Shown: positions 9,694 to 20,852, numbered from the stretch's first letter. The stretch is DNA of 64,000 nt from an uncultured candidate division Zixibacteria bacterium (GCA_963735035.1 CAVTJJ010000005.1:32001-96000), one strand, 5' to 3'. The notes: generated from the letters alone by a model not told the origin. Numbers and translations are program-made.

Positions 9694-12268
9694 TCACTAC
9701 AAATTTGCCGATCTGTGTGCGCTCGGCCGATTCTACCACCCAATAGTACAAGCCCGAAACGACGGACTGGGAGTTGCGTGTGATCATGTCCCAACTGTCG
9801 TGCTGTGAACCGGGATCGCCGACCGAGTAATGGTGATCGATTTGGCGTATCATATCCCCGTCGAGAGAGAAGATGCGTATGACACACTCGGCCGGAAGAT
9901 TGTAGAACTGAATTCGTCGTCCTCGCTCAGGATCGGGGATGTCGCGCGACCTGTTTTCGAATCCGGCGGCCGCGTAGTCGGCGTCGATGCGATACGGATT
10001 TGGAAGGACGTAGACATCAAGTTTGTGTTCCGCAACCTCGGTGGTGCCCGGCTGAGGGAAGTCCTGAATGAAGTTGTTCTCCGGTTTTGTTTCGAGCGAT
10101 TCAAGACCGGAGCGAGGCGAACCATAGTCAAAGGCCGTTACGGCCGCACAGTAGGACAAGGTAGGAAGCAGGGAATCGAGCACGTACTCATATTCGAAAT
10201 ATTTCGGGAGCGGTTCGCCGTAGTCGAATACCAGGTCTTCATCCTGCCACTTGGACGTGTCGGTTCCCGGATTGACGGCGTCAGGGTAGACCTTTCTGAT
10301 GCCTCGAGGCTCGGTCAGGCTGGACTGATTGAAATCCTGCTTTTGGAAATAGGCCATTTGGCCGTCGAGATTGACCGGATTGACCCGGGTGTACTGCAGG
10401 GGGGCAAAGGATGGGTTACGGTAGAGAACACGTAATGAGTCCAGGGTGTAAGGCACTTCGTCTTGCACCCAGCTCATTCGTTCATTCTGTGACTGCCAAA
10501 CAAAACGGCTGTAGTCGTCCAGATCGTAGGTACGGGCGATACTGAAACTCGACGGTCGGTCGTCGAGCCCGACATAGATACGGTAACCTTCGAAATCGAC
10601 CCGGTTCGTGAATATGTCGCGAGTGTTTTCAGAGTAGTAGCCGTTGAAGCGGATCGCCAGCTTTCCCATCGACGATACGACGCGCATCCTTGGGGCGGGC
10701 GGCGGTCCAGCACCTCGAAAGTCAGGGACGCCGTCACCCTCGTACCACAACGAATCTTCGGGGGTGGTGTCGGTTGTTCCCGGTGGCAGGCAGACTCGGG
10801 CTTTGCCTTTGTAGCCGTCGCCATCGGTATCGACGCCCGGGTTGTCGTAAATCCAGGAGGCCCATCGGGCGTTTACCGCCAGATTGTTGAAGTTCAGGCG
10901 GTCATAGTAATTTTCGGGGTTTTTGGGATCGAAGTATTTATAGTAATCGTCGGGTGCCTGGTGGAAATCCTCACCGCCTACCCAGACAAACGTAACCGGT
11001 AAAGACTGGCCCGGTTCAATGTCGAACGGTCCAAAAGAAAGCAGATAGCGGCAATCGTATCCCTTTGCGTAAGTATCGGCCAGAGTCGGCGGCGAGAGCC
11101 AGCCATCGGGAGAGTGATCCTTAGCCGTTTCCATGAGATCATAGTCAAACTCGGGCTTTCTCATGACGTAGTATTTGTTCTTATCCCCCAGCGGGGTGCC
11201 CAACCGGTCGCCGAATGATCGAAAGGGGTATGTTTCCGTGCTCTGCATTCGGGGACCAAAGTCGTAGAGCGGCTCGCCGTAGATCCACCAGTTGAAAGAG
11301 TATGCCAGTGAATCGGACGGCGTCCTGACGACACGTGTGCCTACTACTCCGGTGCAGGAACGATAGTCCCACTGCGTCGGATTTGCCTTGGGCATTGGAT
11401 CGCCGTCATTATCGGCATGCCAGGCGATATTCACGGTGTCGATGAACCCGCACCCTTCCGGAGCCGGATTGGTTCGATAGAAACCGGAAATGTCGTCGTT
11501 CCAGCCTTCTTCAGAATTATTGCGTGAGACATGCCAGGTATCACCGTCCACCCACAAGCCGATGTACACTTGACGAAGGCGTTCCTTACCAATGTTCTTG
11601 ATATCCAGGTCGAAAAGGATGAAATCGTCGGCGTAGGAGTAGCTCCAGGCCATCGTTCTCTGTTTGATCTTTAGGCCCAAAGGGATGTGGCCCCGGGCAT
11701 CGGTTTCATCCTGTCCGACCAGACCCGGTTTCGTGATTGTGTCAGTAAACTCGGCGAGAATGTCTTCTTCGGAGTAGGCTTGCACGTCCGGATTGTAGTA
11801 TTTGGAATTGATGTCAATCGAACCGTAGCGGAAATTGCCGCCGAACTCGGGAAGATCGGGCCAGAACTCACTGGTTCTATAGACATCTTCGTCGCCGCAC
11901 GACACGAGTGTGTCACTGTTCACCACCGCTCCGATCCAGTAGGCTGCGACGTAGAGAAAGACTATGTCGGAGCCGCGTGGGTACTCACAGGAAACCAGAG
12001 GTTCGTTAGTGAAGGGATCGATAATGGTCTCGCCGGAAGTTCCGAAAGTGCCGTTGTTGGCGACGGCAAGGCGGATATTGCCCCGACCATGGGCCGTATG
12101 CTGTACTTTGGGATCTTCGGCGCTTGATTGGTACGGTTGTACGCGGCGCGCGGCCTCGGCCTTGTAATTGCCCTGTAGATCACGGGCATCAAGAACGCCT
12201 GGCAACGAAAGCAAGAGAATGATCAACGGTGCGATCAGAAATGTGAGCGAATGCAGACGCTTTACCAA
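9686..12268 (-). CDS. Large secreted hypothetical protein with an FN3-like region and a C-terminal T9SS/FlgD-Ig-like domain
   Basis: Signal peptide; DTDGDG Ca-binding-like motif; C-terminus PNPY...NLP...IRIFSLDGD...WD.ITRN...SGLYYW.VE...GKFVVIK; start at TTG 12268 (SD gagg) or ATG 12322. Confidence 0.8.
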   Translation of the reverse strand: MVKRLHSLTFLIAPLIILLLSLPGVLDARDLQGNYKAEAARRVQPYQSSAEDPKVQHTAHGRGNIRLAVANNGTFGTSGETIIDPFTNEPLVSCEYPRGSDIVFLYVAAYWIGAVVNSDTLVSCGDEDVYRTSEFWPDLPEFGGNFRYGSIDINSKYYNPDVQAYSEEDILAEFTDTITKPGLVGQDETDARGHIPLGLKIKQRTMAWSYSYADDFILFDLDIKNIGKERLRQVYIGLWVDGDTWHVSRNNSEEGWNDDISGFYRTNPAPEGCGFIDTVNIAWHADNDGDPMPKANPTQWDYRSCTGVVGTRVVRTPSDSLAYSFNWWIYGEPLYDFGPRMQSTETYPFRSFGDRLGTPLGDKNKYYVMRKPEFDYDLMETAKDHSPDGWLSPPTLADTYAKGYDCRYLLSFGPFDIEPGQSLPVTFVWVGGEDFHQAPDDYYKYFDPKNPENYYDRLNFNNLAVNARWASWIYDNPGVDTDGDGYKGKARVCLPPGTTDTTPEDSLWYEGDGVPDFRGAGPPPAPRMRVVSSMGKLAIRFNGYYSENTRDIFTNRVDFEGYRIYVGLDDRPSSFSIARTYDLDDYSRFVWQSQNERMSWVQDEVPYTLDSLRVLYRNPSFAPLQYTRVNPVNLDGQMAYFQKQDFNQSSLTEPRGIRKVYPDAVNPGTDTSKWQDEDLVFDYGEPLPKYFEYEYVLDSLLPTLSYCAAVTAFDYGSPRSGLESLETKPENNFIQDFPQPGTTEVAEHKLDVYVLPNPYRIDADYAAAGFENRSRDIPDPERGRRIQFYNLPAECVIRIFSLDGDMIRQIDHHYSVGDPGSQHDSWDMITRNSQSVVSGLYYWVVESAERTQIGKFVVIK

Positions 12269-12481
12269 CGTTTCCTCGATCAAATAAATCACTACCGACA
12301 ATCCGAAAAGTCTGCGACCCACATCGACTTCGCCAGCCCGGCTTCCATTCGTAACCGTCTGTCGGTGGTCCGCCTACCTGACCGGATCACCGACAAACCA
12401 ATAGTACACAAAAAGAGGGATATATGCAACGTCCGATACGACTAGACGCTTCCGGTCCGGGCCGCGTAGAGCGCCTCAAAC

Positions 12482-12513
12482 AAAACGACCCCGGCGAACT
12501 GCCGGGGTCGTTT
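12482..12513 (-). terminator. Terminator hairpin between the two large paralogues
   Basis: aaaacgaccccggc-gaact-gccggggtcgttt. Confidence 0.75.
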
Positions 12514-12558
12514 CAAACTAACTCGGTTCTATCATAGACAGGATCAGGATCAAGCCTC

Positions 12559-14865
12559 TCAGAGAATGATCGCCAATTTTCCCATCTGGATGTTGCCTTT
12601 TTCGTCCTCTACGGTCCAATAGTACAGACCGGAAACGACCTGTTGCATGTTACGGGTAATCAGATCCCAGCAGTCTTCGTGGACTGTCTCGGCGCAGCCA
12701 TAGGCCGAATTAATGGCCGGGTGCGGCAATTCACGAACCAGGTCGCCGTCGAGCGAGTATATCCTGATCGTGCATTTTTCCGGCAAGTTGGCGAAATGGA
12801 TCAGACGAACGCGATCGGCAGGTATGGCACTCAACCCACGGCCCTCATAACCGCTCTCACGATAGTCGGCGTCTCCACGGTATGGATTCGGCCAGATAAA
12901 GACCGGGGCGTTCGACGCGTCACCGGCAGCAGGCTCATCGAGCGGGTAGCTGACTTCAGGCAGAAGGGTGGGACTCGTCTCGAGCGCTTCCAATCCGGAC
13001 TTAGGCGAACCGTAGTCAAAAGCAGTAACGTTGGCCCAATACGGTACGGTCGGCAGAAGCCCGTCAATCGTGTACATATACTCGTAATACTTGATGAAGC
13101 CTTCGTTCGTCAGGTAATCTGACCAGGTATCGGGGTACCTGGCGCGAATCGAATCTGGTTCGAGTACGGGCGGTTTCGGGGCGTCCGGCCAGGTCTTCCG
13201 GATTTCGGTCAGAGCGCCGTCCTCATTGCCAAGCACAGACCGGTTGAAATCCTGCGGAGTAAAGTAGTAGACGCCTACTCCTGGAACATTGAGCGGGTGA
13301 CTTCGAGGATAGCTGGCCGGATCCCAGGTAGTGCTGTTGCAACTGTCAGGCGCGTAGAGACAGCGTAATTGCTGAAGCGTGAATGGTGACGTCTTCAACC
13401 TGAAAGCCTTGGCGGATTCATCGTATTCCCAGCGGTTATAGTCTTGAATGTCATAAGATGCGATGGTTGAGTAACTGCCACCCCGGTCGTCGCGCGCTAC
13501 GTAAACCCGGTACCCTTCAAAATCAATCAGGCGCGAGAATACATCCGGCGTGTTTTCCGAGCGGACTCCGTTCCACCTGACAATCAACTGCGACACACTG
13601 GCTTCGAGCCGAAGGCCTTTGTGGCGAACCCCATTAGCATCGGTGGTGCTATAGCTTGAAGGTGCTGGCGGGGGAGTGGCACCCATGAAATCCGGTACGC
13701 CGTCACCTTTACGCCAGACCGTGTCATTGATTTCGTAATCGTAGAAGCATTGGGTGATGGGATTGGGCGGATGAGCTGTGTCCCAACCGATGGTATCGCA
13801 GTGATTGAGGGTGGAGTCGCCGCCCTGGCAGAGCGTAAATTCACCAGCGTAACCATCGCTGTCAGTGTCAACACCGGGATTGTCATAAACCCATTCCGCC
13901 CAGGTGGCGTTGGAGCCAAGGGAATCGAAATTCAGGCCCTCATACCAACCGTCGGGATTGAAAGGTAAGTTGCTGAAGTTCTGGCCAGTCTTATGGAAAT
14001 TCATCCCGGCAACGTAGGCCAAAGAAATCGGAAGAGTTTGACCGGGCTCGATATCAAACGGGCCAAAAGACAGAAGGTAACGGGTGTCCAGCCCTTTCGC
14101 CCACAGAGTGTCCTCGGGAGAGGGCGGCTCAAACCACGTGGAATCGGTGTTAGAAATCAAGGCAGTCCTGGCCTGGTCAAAATCGAATTCGCCGTTACTG
14201 AGGAGAAAGTACTTGTTATTGTCCCCTGTCGGGGTTCCCGTTCCACCATGTCGGTAGACTCGACGGTGGCCAATCGACTGTGGACCATAGTCCAAGCGGG
14301 TGTCTTGATTGCTAACCCACCAGTTGAAAGAGACTTCGAGTGAATCGGACGGTGTCCGTACAATACGCATCGCTGTCACGTTGGGGACAGTCTGGTATAC
14401 CGGAGTCAGCTGGTTCAGGTCGCCGTCGTTATCAGCAGTCCAGGCGATATTGACAACGTCTGAATCTGGTTTGCAGGGAGGTTCAAGATAGAGCGCGGGC
14501 TGCTTTTCGCGGAAACCGTTCAAGTCGTCCTGGGCGCCGTTATTTTGATTGGCTTCATCATGGATGTCAGCGTCAACGTAGAAGCCCATAAAGACGCGCC
14601 GGAGGCGGTCCTCGCCAATGTTCTTGACGCCAAAGTCAAAAAGCACGAAGTCCTGAGCGTAAGAGTATGACCAGGCGTAGGTGCTCTGAGAGACCTCAAG
14701 ATATAGCGGGCGGTGTGCGCTGCCGGATACCTCATCGGTGCTAACACCGAAGCAGCCAGTGCCAGCGCCGGAGCACGTGTCGCGGTACTTACAGATATAG
14801 TCTTCCTCAGAAACAGCTCCGTCGTAGATGTCGCTGGTTGGATCAATAGTTGAACGACGAATCAT
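12559..14865 (-). CDS. Second paralogue of the large secreted protein (main body; the true N-terminus is separated by frameshifts)
   Basis: Shares AWSYSYA.DF.LFD, RYLLSFGPFDIEPGQ.LP, WVYDNPGVDTD.DGY and TAFDYGSP.SGLE with 9686-12268. Confidence 0.85.
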   Translation of the reverse strand: MIRRSTIDPTSDIYDGAVSEEDYICKYRDTCSGAGTGCFGVSTDEVSGSAHRPLYLEVSQSTYAWSYSYAQDFVLFDFGVKNIGEDRLRRVFMGFYVDADIHDEANQNNGAQDDLNGFREKQPALYLEPPCKPDSDVVNIAWTADNDGDLNQLTPVYQTVPNVTAMRIVRTPSDSLEVSFNWWVSNQDTRLDYGPQSIGHRRVYRHGGTGTPTGDNNKYFLLSNGEFDFDQARTALISNTDSTWFEPPSPEDTLWAKGLDTRYLLSFGPFDIEPGQTLPISLAYVAGMNFHKTGQNFSNLPFNPDGWYEGLNFDSLGSNATWAEWVYDNPGVDTDSDGYAGEFTLCQGGDSTLNHCDTIGWDTAHPPNPITQCFYDYEINDTVWRKGDGVPDFMGATPPPAPSSYSTTDANGVRHKGLRLEASVSQLIVRWNGVRSENTPDVFSRLIDFEGYRVYVARDDRGGSYSTIASYDIQDYNRWEYDESAKAFRLKTSPFTLQQLRCLYAPDSCNSTTWDPASYPRSHPLNVPGVGVYYFTPQDFNRSVLGNEDGALTEIRKTWPDAPKPPVLEPDSIRARYPDTWSDYLTNEGFIKYYEYMYTIDGLLPTVPYWANVTAFDYGSPKSGLEALETSPTLLPEVSYPLDEPAAGDASNAPVFIWPNPYRGDADYRESGYEGRGLSAIPADRVRLIHFANLPEKCTIRIYSLDGDLVRELPHPAINSAYGCAETVHEDCWDLITRNMQQVVSGLYYWTVEDEKGNIQMGKLAIIL

Positions 14866-15295
14866 CTTGCCGCCAAACTCAGCGAAGTCGGGGTGCCATT
14901 CGTTGCCGGCAATTGTAACCAGCCGTCAGCTCCGGTGGAGACCAGGGTATCGTTTCCCAAAATGGCGCCAATCCAGAGCGCTCCACCAAAACAATACCTG
15001 GTACGGCTTCCTTTGGGGACTTCACAGTACGGCAATGTGACGCTGGTAAAACAGTCAGTTGACGTACCAACGTTCAGTCCGGTGGCAAAAGTGCCTGAGT
15101 TTGATATACCCAGCGACATCCGGCCAATGTGATGATAAGTGTTACAGTACGCCGGAGTACCCACAGTCAGAGTGCTCGGCTCGGGGAGTTGGGTTCTGGA
15201 GAGCATTCGCAGGTTCGTCCTTCAACTACGGAAAAACCGCACATCAGCACCAGGCATCCTATGACGCTGGCCTTGGTAAGAAAGTTTCTTGCCAT
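14862..15295 (-). pseudogene. N-terminal part of the second large protein, split by two apparent frameshifts
   Basis: ATG 15295 opens a signal peptide (MARNFLTKASVIGCLVLMCG); another frame gives HHIGRMSLGISNSGTF...GALWIGAILGNDTLVSTG, homologous to the paralogue; the frame changes again near 14920. Confidence 0.7.
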
Positions 15296-15599
15296 TACCT
15301 AGTCCTTGAAAGTCCTTGATAGCATTGATCTAAGAACGTTTTGCCACCACATTCTGTGCAAAACATCCACACCGTAATTCTGTAATAGAACTACCGCTGG
15401 GACAGGAAAGCAAGCCTTTTTTGACGACAGATCGCACCACCCGGTTCACTATGTCTCTGAGGGGGTTACCTCATGTCGCCAAACGTCAAAATGTCAGGCA
15501 TTCGGGTGGCGCGGATGGTCCACCAAGAATCTTTACCTGCCAGCCCTAATTATGAGGCGGCACACTGTGCGATGTCTAACCTGACGTTTTCGGCGGACG

Positions 15600-16598
15600 C
15601 TATTTCTGCGCCGGGATAGCCACGTCAATTCTGGTCACGGCTCCAAAACCGAGCGAATCGAGCGGGATATCGAAATCCTTGGCGTTGCCGACTACCAATA
15701 TCTTGAGGGCGTCCGGGTGCAGGTTCTTCTTGGCCGCCGCTTCAACGCTTCCAGCCGTCACGGTCTCGACCCGCTCTTTGACAGTCTGGAGGAAGTTCTC
15801 CGGAATACCGTAGAAGTCATATTCCATTATCCGATTGACTATTTCTGACCGCGAGTCGAACTGGAAGACAAATGAGTTCAAGTAGCTGTCCTTGCCCTGA
15901 CTGAGTTCTTCGTCAGTCGGTGGTTCGGTTTGCATGCTCTTGATGACCTTGGTCATCTCCTGAATCGCCTTTCCGGTAGAACGTGATTTGGTCGCGGCGT
16001 AACTTCGGAAAGTGCCCGGGCGTTCGAGCCCGGCGGAATAGGCCGAAACCGTAGAGTAAGCCAGTCCTTCCCGCGATCTGATTGCGTCGACCATCCTGCT
16101 GCCGAAGCCAACACCCAGTATATTGTTCATTACGATGAGGTCGGCGTAGTCGGGATCGGTCATGAAGCCACCGATGTGACCGATTAGAACCTGTGATTGG
16201 TTAAGGTCGGGCTTATCGACCAGGTACACTCCGGGCTTATATTGGTAATCAACTTTCGGAGGAGCAGGGACTTTTGTCCCACCGGCTTTCCAATTGCCAA
16301 AGCGCTGCTCCAACAGTTTCAGGATTGAGGCCTTATCGAAATCGCCCCAGATGGCAATTTGGATGTTCTCCGGGTGGAACCAGGCTTTGTGAAACGCGAG
16401 CAAGTCGTCCCGGGTGATGGCGTCGACGGTCGCATACTCCGGGTACCGGGCGTAGGGCGATTCAGTTCCGAACATCAGCTTTGCGAATTCCCGACCGCCG
16501 ATCTGCGCCGGCTGGTCGTTTCGACGGGCGATACCCGACCTGAGGGCTACCCGCGACAGTTCCAGCTTGTCGGCATCGAAGATCGGGTTGCGAAGCAC
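15600..16598 (-). CDS. M16 peptidase non-catalytic subunit, C-terminal part (frameshift near 16620)
   Basis: AITRDDL.AFH..WFHPEN, ILG.GFGSR....IRSREGLAYS. Confidence 0.85.
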   Translation of the reverse strand: MLRNPIFDADKLELSRVALRSGIARRNDQPAQIGGREFAKLMFGTESPYARYPEYATVDAITRDDLLAFHKAWFHPENIQIAIWGDFDKASILKLLEQRFGNWKAGGTKVPAPPKVDYQYKPGVYLVDKPDLNQSQVLIGHIGGFMTDPDYADLIVMNNILGVGFGSRMVDAIRSREGLAYSTVSAYSAGLERPGTFRSYAATKSRSTGKAIQEMTKVIKSMQTEPPTDEELSQGKDSYLNSFVFQFDSRSEIVNRIMEYDFYGIPENFLQTVKERVETVTAGSVEAAAKKNLHPDALKILVVGNAKDFDIPLDSLGFGAVTRIDVAIPAQK

Positions 16599-16611
16599 GT
16601 CGGAAAGGACC

Positions 16612-17043
16612 TCAATTCCTATGCGGAAGATTGTCGCTCAGCACCCGGACCGAGGCGCCACAGGCGGTGGTTCCGCCGTAGGTCTCGACACTTCCGCCGA
16701 TACTTTCGAGCAGCTCGTCGAGGGCGTCACCGGTTCGAGTGGAAGTTCCGCCGGTGCGGAGAACCTCACCGAGAATCGATACCAGGCCGATTTTGTCGGC
16801 CGGTTCCAGATAGGCGCCGCAGTTGATCCGCACTGACATCCGGAACAGGGGCAGTTCATGGTCTTCCACCATGTAGAGGCGGAGTCCGTTGGCGAAGGTG
16901 TGTCTGGTTACATCCGGAATAACGACGTCATGAAGTTTGGGATACTTGAGCTGGGCAATTTCGGTCGGGGACTGGGCGTTAACAGAGGAAATCAATACCA
17001 GCGTGACGGCCACAATAAGAAGTAGTTTTTTCATATCAGCCAA
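16612..17043 (-). CDS. M16 peptidase non-catalytic subunit, N-terminal part
   Basis: Signal peptide, NGLRLYMVEDHELP, GGTSTRTGDALDELLESIG; continues in another frame as IGIEVLSDVLRNP. Confidence 0.8.
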   Translation of the reverse strand: MADMKKLLLIVAVTLVLISSVNAQSPTEIAQLKYPKLHDVVIPDVTRHTFANGLRLYMVEDHELPLFRMSVRINCGAYLEPADKIGLVSILGEVLRTGGTSTRTGDALDELLESIGGSVETYGGTTACGASVRVLSDNLPHRN

Positions 17044-17049
17044 CCTCTA

Positions 17050-18552
17050 TTAACTCTGTTTCGTTTCCAGCATGACCACTGTACGGTTCTGCCGAGTGAG
17101 ATATTTGTTAGCCACGCGCATTATGTCTTCGGTCGTGACGGCGTTGATGCGATCGAGTTGGCGAAACATCTTCCGCCAGTCACCGAAGTACTGCTGGTTT
17201 GTCGTCAGTTGCCTGGCAATACCGGAGTTTTCGGAGAGCCGACTAATGAATGAGGCGCGGGCCCGGGTCTTGACTTTGTCCAGATCGGCCGCCGTCATGG
17301 GGACTGTCTTAACTTTCTCGATTTCAGCCATAATCGCCGCTTCACATTCCAAATTCGAATGACCGTTGGAAGGCTCAGCCTCGGCGACTATAAGAGTGGG
17401 GTATTTCCAGCCGACACCGCCACTGCTGATATCGACACTGGTCGCTATCTTCTTTTCTTTGACCAGGCTCTTGTACAAGAGAGAAGTGCGCCCGCCTCCG
17501 AGATAGTCACACATCGCATCAATAGCAGCTACGTCCGGATGCGTAATATCCGGCATGTGCCAGGCGGCCATATACTGAGGCTGCGACGGGTCCTCAATCA
17601 CCATGCGGCGTTCGCCCAACTGCGCCGGTTCTACCGTGACGATTCGTTCCGGGGCGGGGCGATAGGGAATGCGACCCCAGTATTTGTCGGCCATCTGGAA
17701 GACTTCGTCGGCCTTGACGTCCCCGACTATCGCGGCAACCAGATTCGAGGGGCCATAATACTTCTGGAAGAACTGGACGGCTGCCGCGCGGGTAAGATTC
17801 TGGATATCGGACATGTGTCCGATTCCCCGGATGCCGTATGGATGCGCTTTGAAGGCGAGGCCAATCAATTCCTCGTACATCTTTCCGGAAGGGCTGTTTT
17901 CCACGCGCATGCGACGTTCTTCGGCTACGACATCGCGCTCTTTGTACATCTCGCGCAGGACCGGGTGCAGGAACCGTTCGGAATCCATTGCCATCCAAAG
18001 TTCGAGCTTGTTCGATGGCAGGCTATAATAGTAGCTGGTATTGTCCGGGCCGGTGCCGGCGTTAATCCCGGTAGCTCCCTCGCGTCGGAGAATCTCCTGG
18101 TAGGCGTTTGGCTCGACCTGTTCGAAGGCCGCCTTGCGGGCAGATTCGAAGGCCTTGGACAGCGTCGCCAGACGCATCGAATCAAGCAACGGCCCTTTAA
18201 GGCGCTCGGCGCGCAATTCCATGGCGAGAGAATCCTCGACCGCCATCAGCTTGAGTTCGAGATCGATGTTCTTGCTTCCGAGGGTGGTTGTGCCCTTGAA
18301 TGCCATGTGCTCAAACATGTGAGCCAGGCCGGTAAACTCTTTGGGGTCGTCCACCGATCCGACATTGGCCAAAATCACGAACGAGACGACCGGGGCATCG
18401 TGTCGTTCCAGCACAATGAATTTCATCCCGTTTTCCAAAGTGTGCTCTTTGACCGAGTTCTCCAGTTTGCCGAGATCGAAAGACTGGGCAGCAAGTAACG
18501 TGGGGAGGGTCAGAACAGCGGCGAGTAAGAGAATCCAATTCCTGCGAACCAT
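17050..18552 (-). CDS. M16 family (insulinase) zinc peptidase, catalytic subunit
   Basis: GLAHMFEHMAFKGT (HXXEH), ERDVVAEERRMR; signal peptide. Confidence 0.93.
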   Translation of the reverse strand: MVRRNWILLLAAVLTLPTLLAAQSFDLGKLENSVKEHTLENGMKFIVLERHDAPVVSFVILANVGSVDDPKEFTGLAHMFEHMAFKGTTTLGSKNIDLELKLMAVEDSLAMELRAERLKGPLLDSMRLATLSKAFESARKAAFEQVEPNAYQEILRREGATGINAGTGPDNTSYYYSLPSNKLELWMAMDSERFLHPVLREMYKERDVVAEERRMRVENSPSGKMYEELIGLAFKAHPYGIRGIGHMSDIQNLTRAAAVQFFQKYYGPSNLVAAIVGDVKADEVFQMADKYWGRIPYRPAPERIVTVEPAQLGERRMVIEDPSQPQYMAAWHMPDITHPDVAAIDAMCDYLGGGRTSLLYKSLVKEKKIATSVDISSGGVGWKYPTLIVAEAEPSNGHSNLECEAAIMAEIEKVKTVPMTAADLDKVKTRARASFISRLSENSGIARQLTTNQQYFGDWRKMFRQLDRINAVTTEDIMRVANKYLTRQNRTVVMLETKQS

Positions 18553-18745
18553 CGGCTACCTCCAAAAGAGGGTTGTCTATCATTTCAGGTTCATGAAGGA
18601 ACAGACAGGAGGCATGACCGTCAAGTGTCAAATGACCCAAACGGGGACCGAGAATTCTGTGAGAGACAATATTTTGTGGGAAGAAATTGCCTGGGTGGCG
18701 GTAACCAGGGTGAAGAATCGAATTGATACAGGAAAGGAGCATACC

Positions 18746-20275
18746 ATGAGCCCCCGGTCTATCGTCATCAGTCTGTTGGCGCTGTCATTGTTCATATTTT
18801 CCGCCGTCCAGGCAGGGGAGAAGTCCAAAACCGGCAGCATCAGTGGCTGCATTACCGACCCGGTTACGGGACTTCCGGTGATCAACGCCAAGGTTACTAT
18901 TATAGAAACGTATCAGGAAGCGACGACCGACTCATCCGGCTGCTTCGACTTTGTTGGTGTCGCCCCCGGTCAGTACCATCTTTCAATTACTCATGCCAAT
19001 TTTGGCACTATTAAAGGTCTGGTCGAGTTGACGGTCAAAGTGAGTGCTGAAAAGACCTCGAAGCTCTCGCTCTCTTTGGCCTCACAGAGTGTGAAGCAGG
19101 GAGGCATAGTACAGGACTCGCGCGGTGATATGAACAAGACTATAGACGTTTTGGGTGTCGACCGGTTACCGAGCACATCCCCCAAACTTAGCGCGCCTCA
19201 GTTAGAATCATTCGATAGAGTTCCACAGGGTAGTTCTTATGCTCCGAAGTGCGCTCCGGCTCCATATTACGAACCCCCGATGGATTACAACCAGCCGCCG
19301 CAGGACATGTTCTTCCGCGACTATGGCACCAACGGGTTTGTCGACACGCGGCGGGATCGGTTTTCGACCTTCGCGATCGACGTGGACGACGTCTCATATA
19401 ATATCGTCCACCGCTATCTCCAGGACGGCCTGATGCCGCCTTCGGACGCAGTCCGGGTCGAAGAATTCATCAACCATTTCAATTACGGCTACAACGGACC
19501 GGTCGATGAAACCTTCCGCGTCTTCACCGAAATCACCAATTCCCCGTTCGAACGCGATCGTTACATCATGAAGCTGGCTGTGAAAGGTCGGGAAATCGCA
19601 AAATCCGAGCGGAGCCCGTTGAATATCACTTTCGTCATTGACGTTTCAGGCTCGATGAACGAAGGTGACCGTTTCGATCTCGTGCGCGAATCTATCAAGA
19701 CCCTGGCCCGGCAGCTCAATAGCCGCGATCAAGTGGGAATCGTGGCCTACGGCAGTCAGGCTTATGTGGCCCTCGACCCTGTTTCGGGCAATCGCAGCGG
19801 TGAAGTCTGGTCGGTAGTCGACCGTTTGGAACCGGGCGGATCGACCTATGCCGAGGCGGGGATTCGCCTCGGGTACGAGATGGCCAACAATCAGTATGTG
19901 AACGGACATAATAATGTGATCGTGCTGTGCAGTGACGGCGTCGCCAACGTTGGACGCACCAGCCCTGAAGCCATCATGAACGAAGTTCAGCGTTTCGCCC
20001 GTAAAGGTATCACTCTTTCAACGTTCGGCTACGGCATGGGTAACTACAACGATGTCTTGCTCGAACAACTCGCCACCAAAGGCAATGGTCGTTACGCCTA
20101 CATCAACAACGATGAGGATATCCGTACTGCCATGGTTGACAATTTCGTGAGCAATCTTCAGGTGCTTGGCACGGGACGTCAAGATTCAGGTCGAATTCGA
20201 CCCGAAGAGTGTGGCCGCTTATCGTTTGCTTGGTTACGAGAACCGCGCCGTCGCAGACAGCAAATTTCGCGATAA
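18746..20275 (+). CDS. Secreted VWA-domain protein (YfbK-like) with an N-terminal carboxypeptidase-regulatory-like domain; N-terminal part
   Basis: SD aaggag, signal peptide; [30 protein letters not shown] motif; frameshift near 20165. Confidence 0.87.
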   Translation: MSPRSIVISLLALSLFIFSAVQAGEKSKTGSISGCITDPVTGLPVINAKVTIIETYQEATTDSSGCFDFVGVAPGQYHLSITHANFGTIKGLVELTVKVSAEKTSKLSLSLASQSVKQGGIVQDSRGDMNKTIDVLGVDRLPSTSPKLSAPQLESFDRVPQGSSYAPKCAPAPYYEPPMDYNQPPQDMFFRDYGTNGFVDTRRDRFSTFAIDVDDVSYNIVHRYLQDGLMPPSDAVRVEEFINHFNYGYNGPVDETFRVFTEITNSPFERDRYIMKLAVKGREIAKSERSPLNITFVIDVSGSMNEGDRFDLVRESIKTLARQLNSRDQVGIVAYGSQAYVALDPVSGNRSGEVWSVVDRLEPGGSTYAEAGIRLGYEMANNQYVNGHNNVIVLCSDGVANVGRTSPEAIMNEVQRFARKGITLSTFGYGMGNYNDVLLEQLATKGNGRYAYINNDEDIRTAMVDNFVSNLQVLGTGRQDSGRIRPEECGRLSFAWLREPRRRRQQISR

Positions 20276-20717
20276 CCGTCAGGACGGCGGGGAAGTCGGC
20301 GCCGGACACGAAGTGACCGCGGTGTACGAACTTGAACTGAACCACGGAGCCAAATCAGGTTCACTGGCTACAGTCAATGTGCGGTGGAAGAACGCCGAAG
20401 GCACCGAAGTATTTGAACTCGCCCGCGAAGCCCGGATGAACGAACATTATACGTCATTCGACCAGTCCCGTCCGGAACTCCGGCTGGCGGCTGTAGCGTC
20501 AAGGTTTGCCGAGATGCTCAAGGGCACCAAATACGCGGACAATACTTCGTTTGAGACGCTTTCCCGAATGGGTGAATCGCTTCGACAGGACCTGCCAGGT
20601 GAACAGGCCGATGATTTGCTCGATATGATTCACCGCGCAGGTAGTCTATCTGACCGTCACGCCGAACGCGATGACCGGGACGACGATGACTACGGCGACA
20701 TCAACTACAAACGGTAG
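20166..20717 (+). CDS. C-terminal (DUF3520-like) part of the VWA protein
   Basis: [39 protein letters not shown]. Confidence 0.82.
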   Translation: MARDVKIQVEFDPKSVAAYRLLGYENRAVADSKFRDNRQDGGEVGAGHEVTAVYELELNHGAKSGSLATVNVRWKNAEGTEVFELAREARMNEHYTSFDQSRPELRLAAVASRFAEMLKGTKYADNTSFETLSRMGESLRQDLPGEQADDLLDMIHRAGSLSDRHAERDDRDDDDYGDINYKR

Positions 20718-20852
20718 AGTTCTGGCGATTGCTGCTTTCCTGTCGCGGCAGGTTTCTCGTCACCCGAGGTGGTGTGAGACCTGCCGCTTTTCATTTGCTC
20801 ATCATACCGGTTGTTGCGTATTCTTCGATGAACGCACGAAGGAGAATTAGTT

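Noticed and set aside
15165..15295. Selenocysteine or stop read-through at the TGA after the signal peptide
   Set aside because: Homology to the paralogue continues in a different frame, so this is a frameshift and not read-through.
9686..15295. Diversity-generating retroelement target/template pair
   Set aside because: The similarity is ordinary protein-level paralogy, and there is no reverse transcriptase or adenine-specific repeat pair.
17359..18498. Long antisense ORFs (also 4500-5309, 53688-54929, 33973-34776, 61294-62049)
   Set aside because: These are shadow ORFs opposite well-supported genes in GC-rich DNA.
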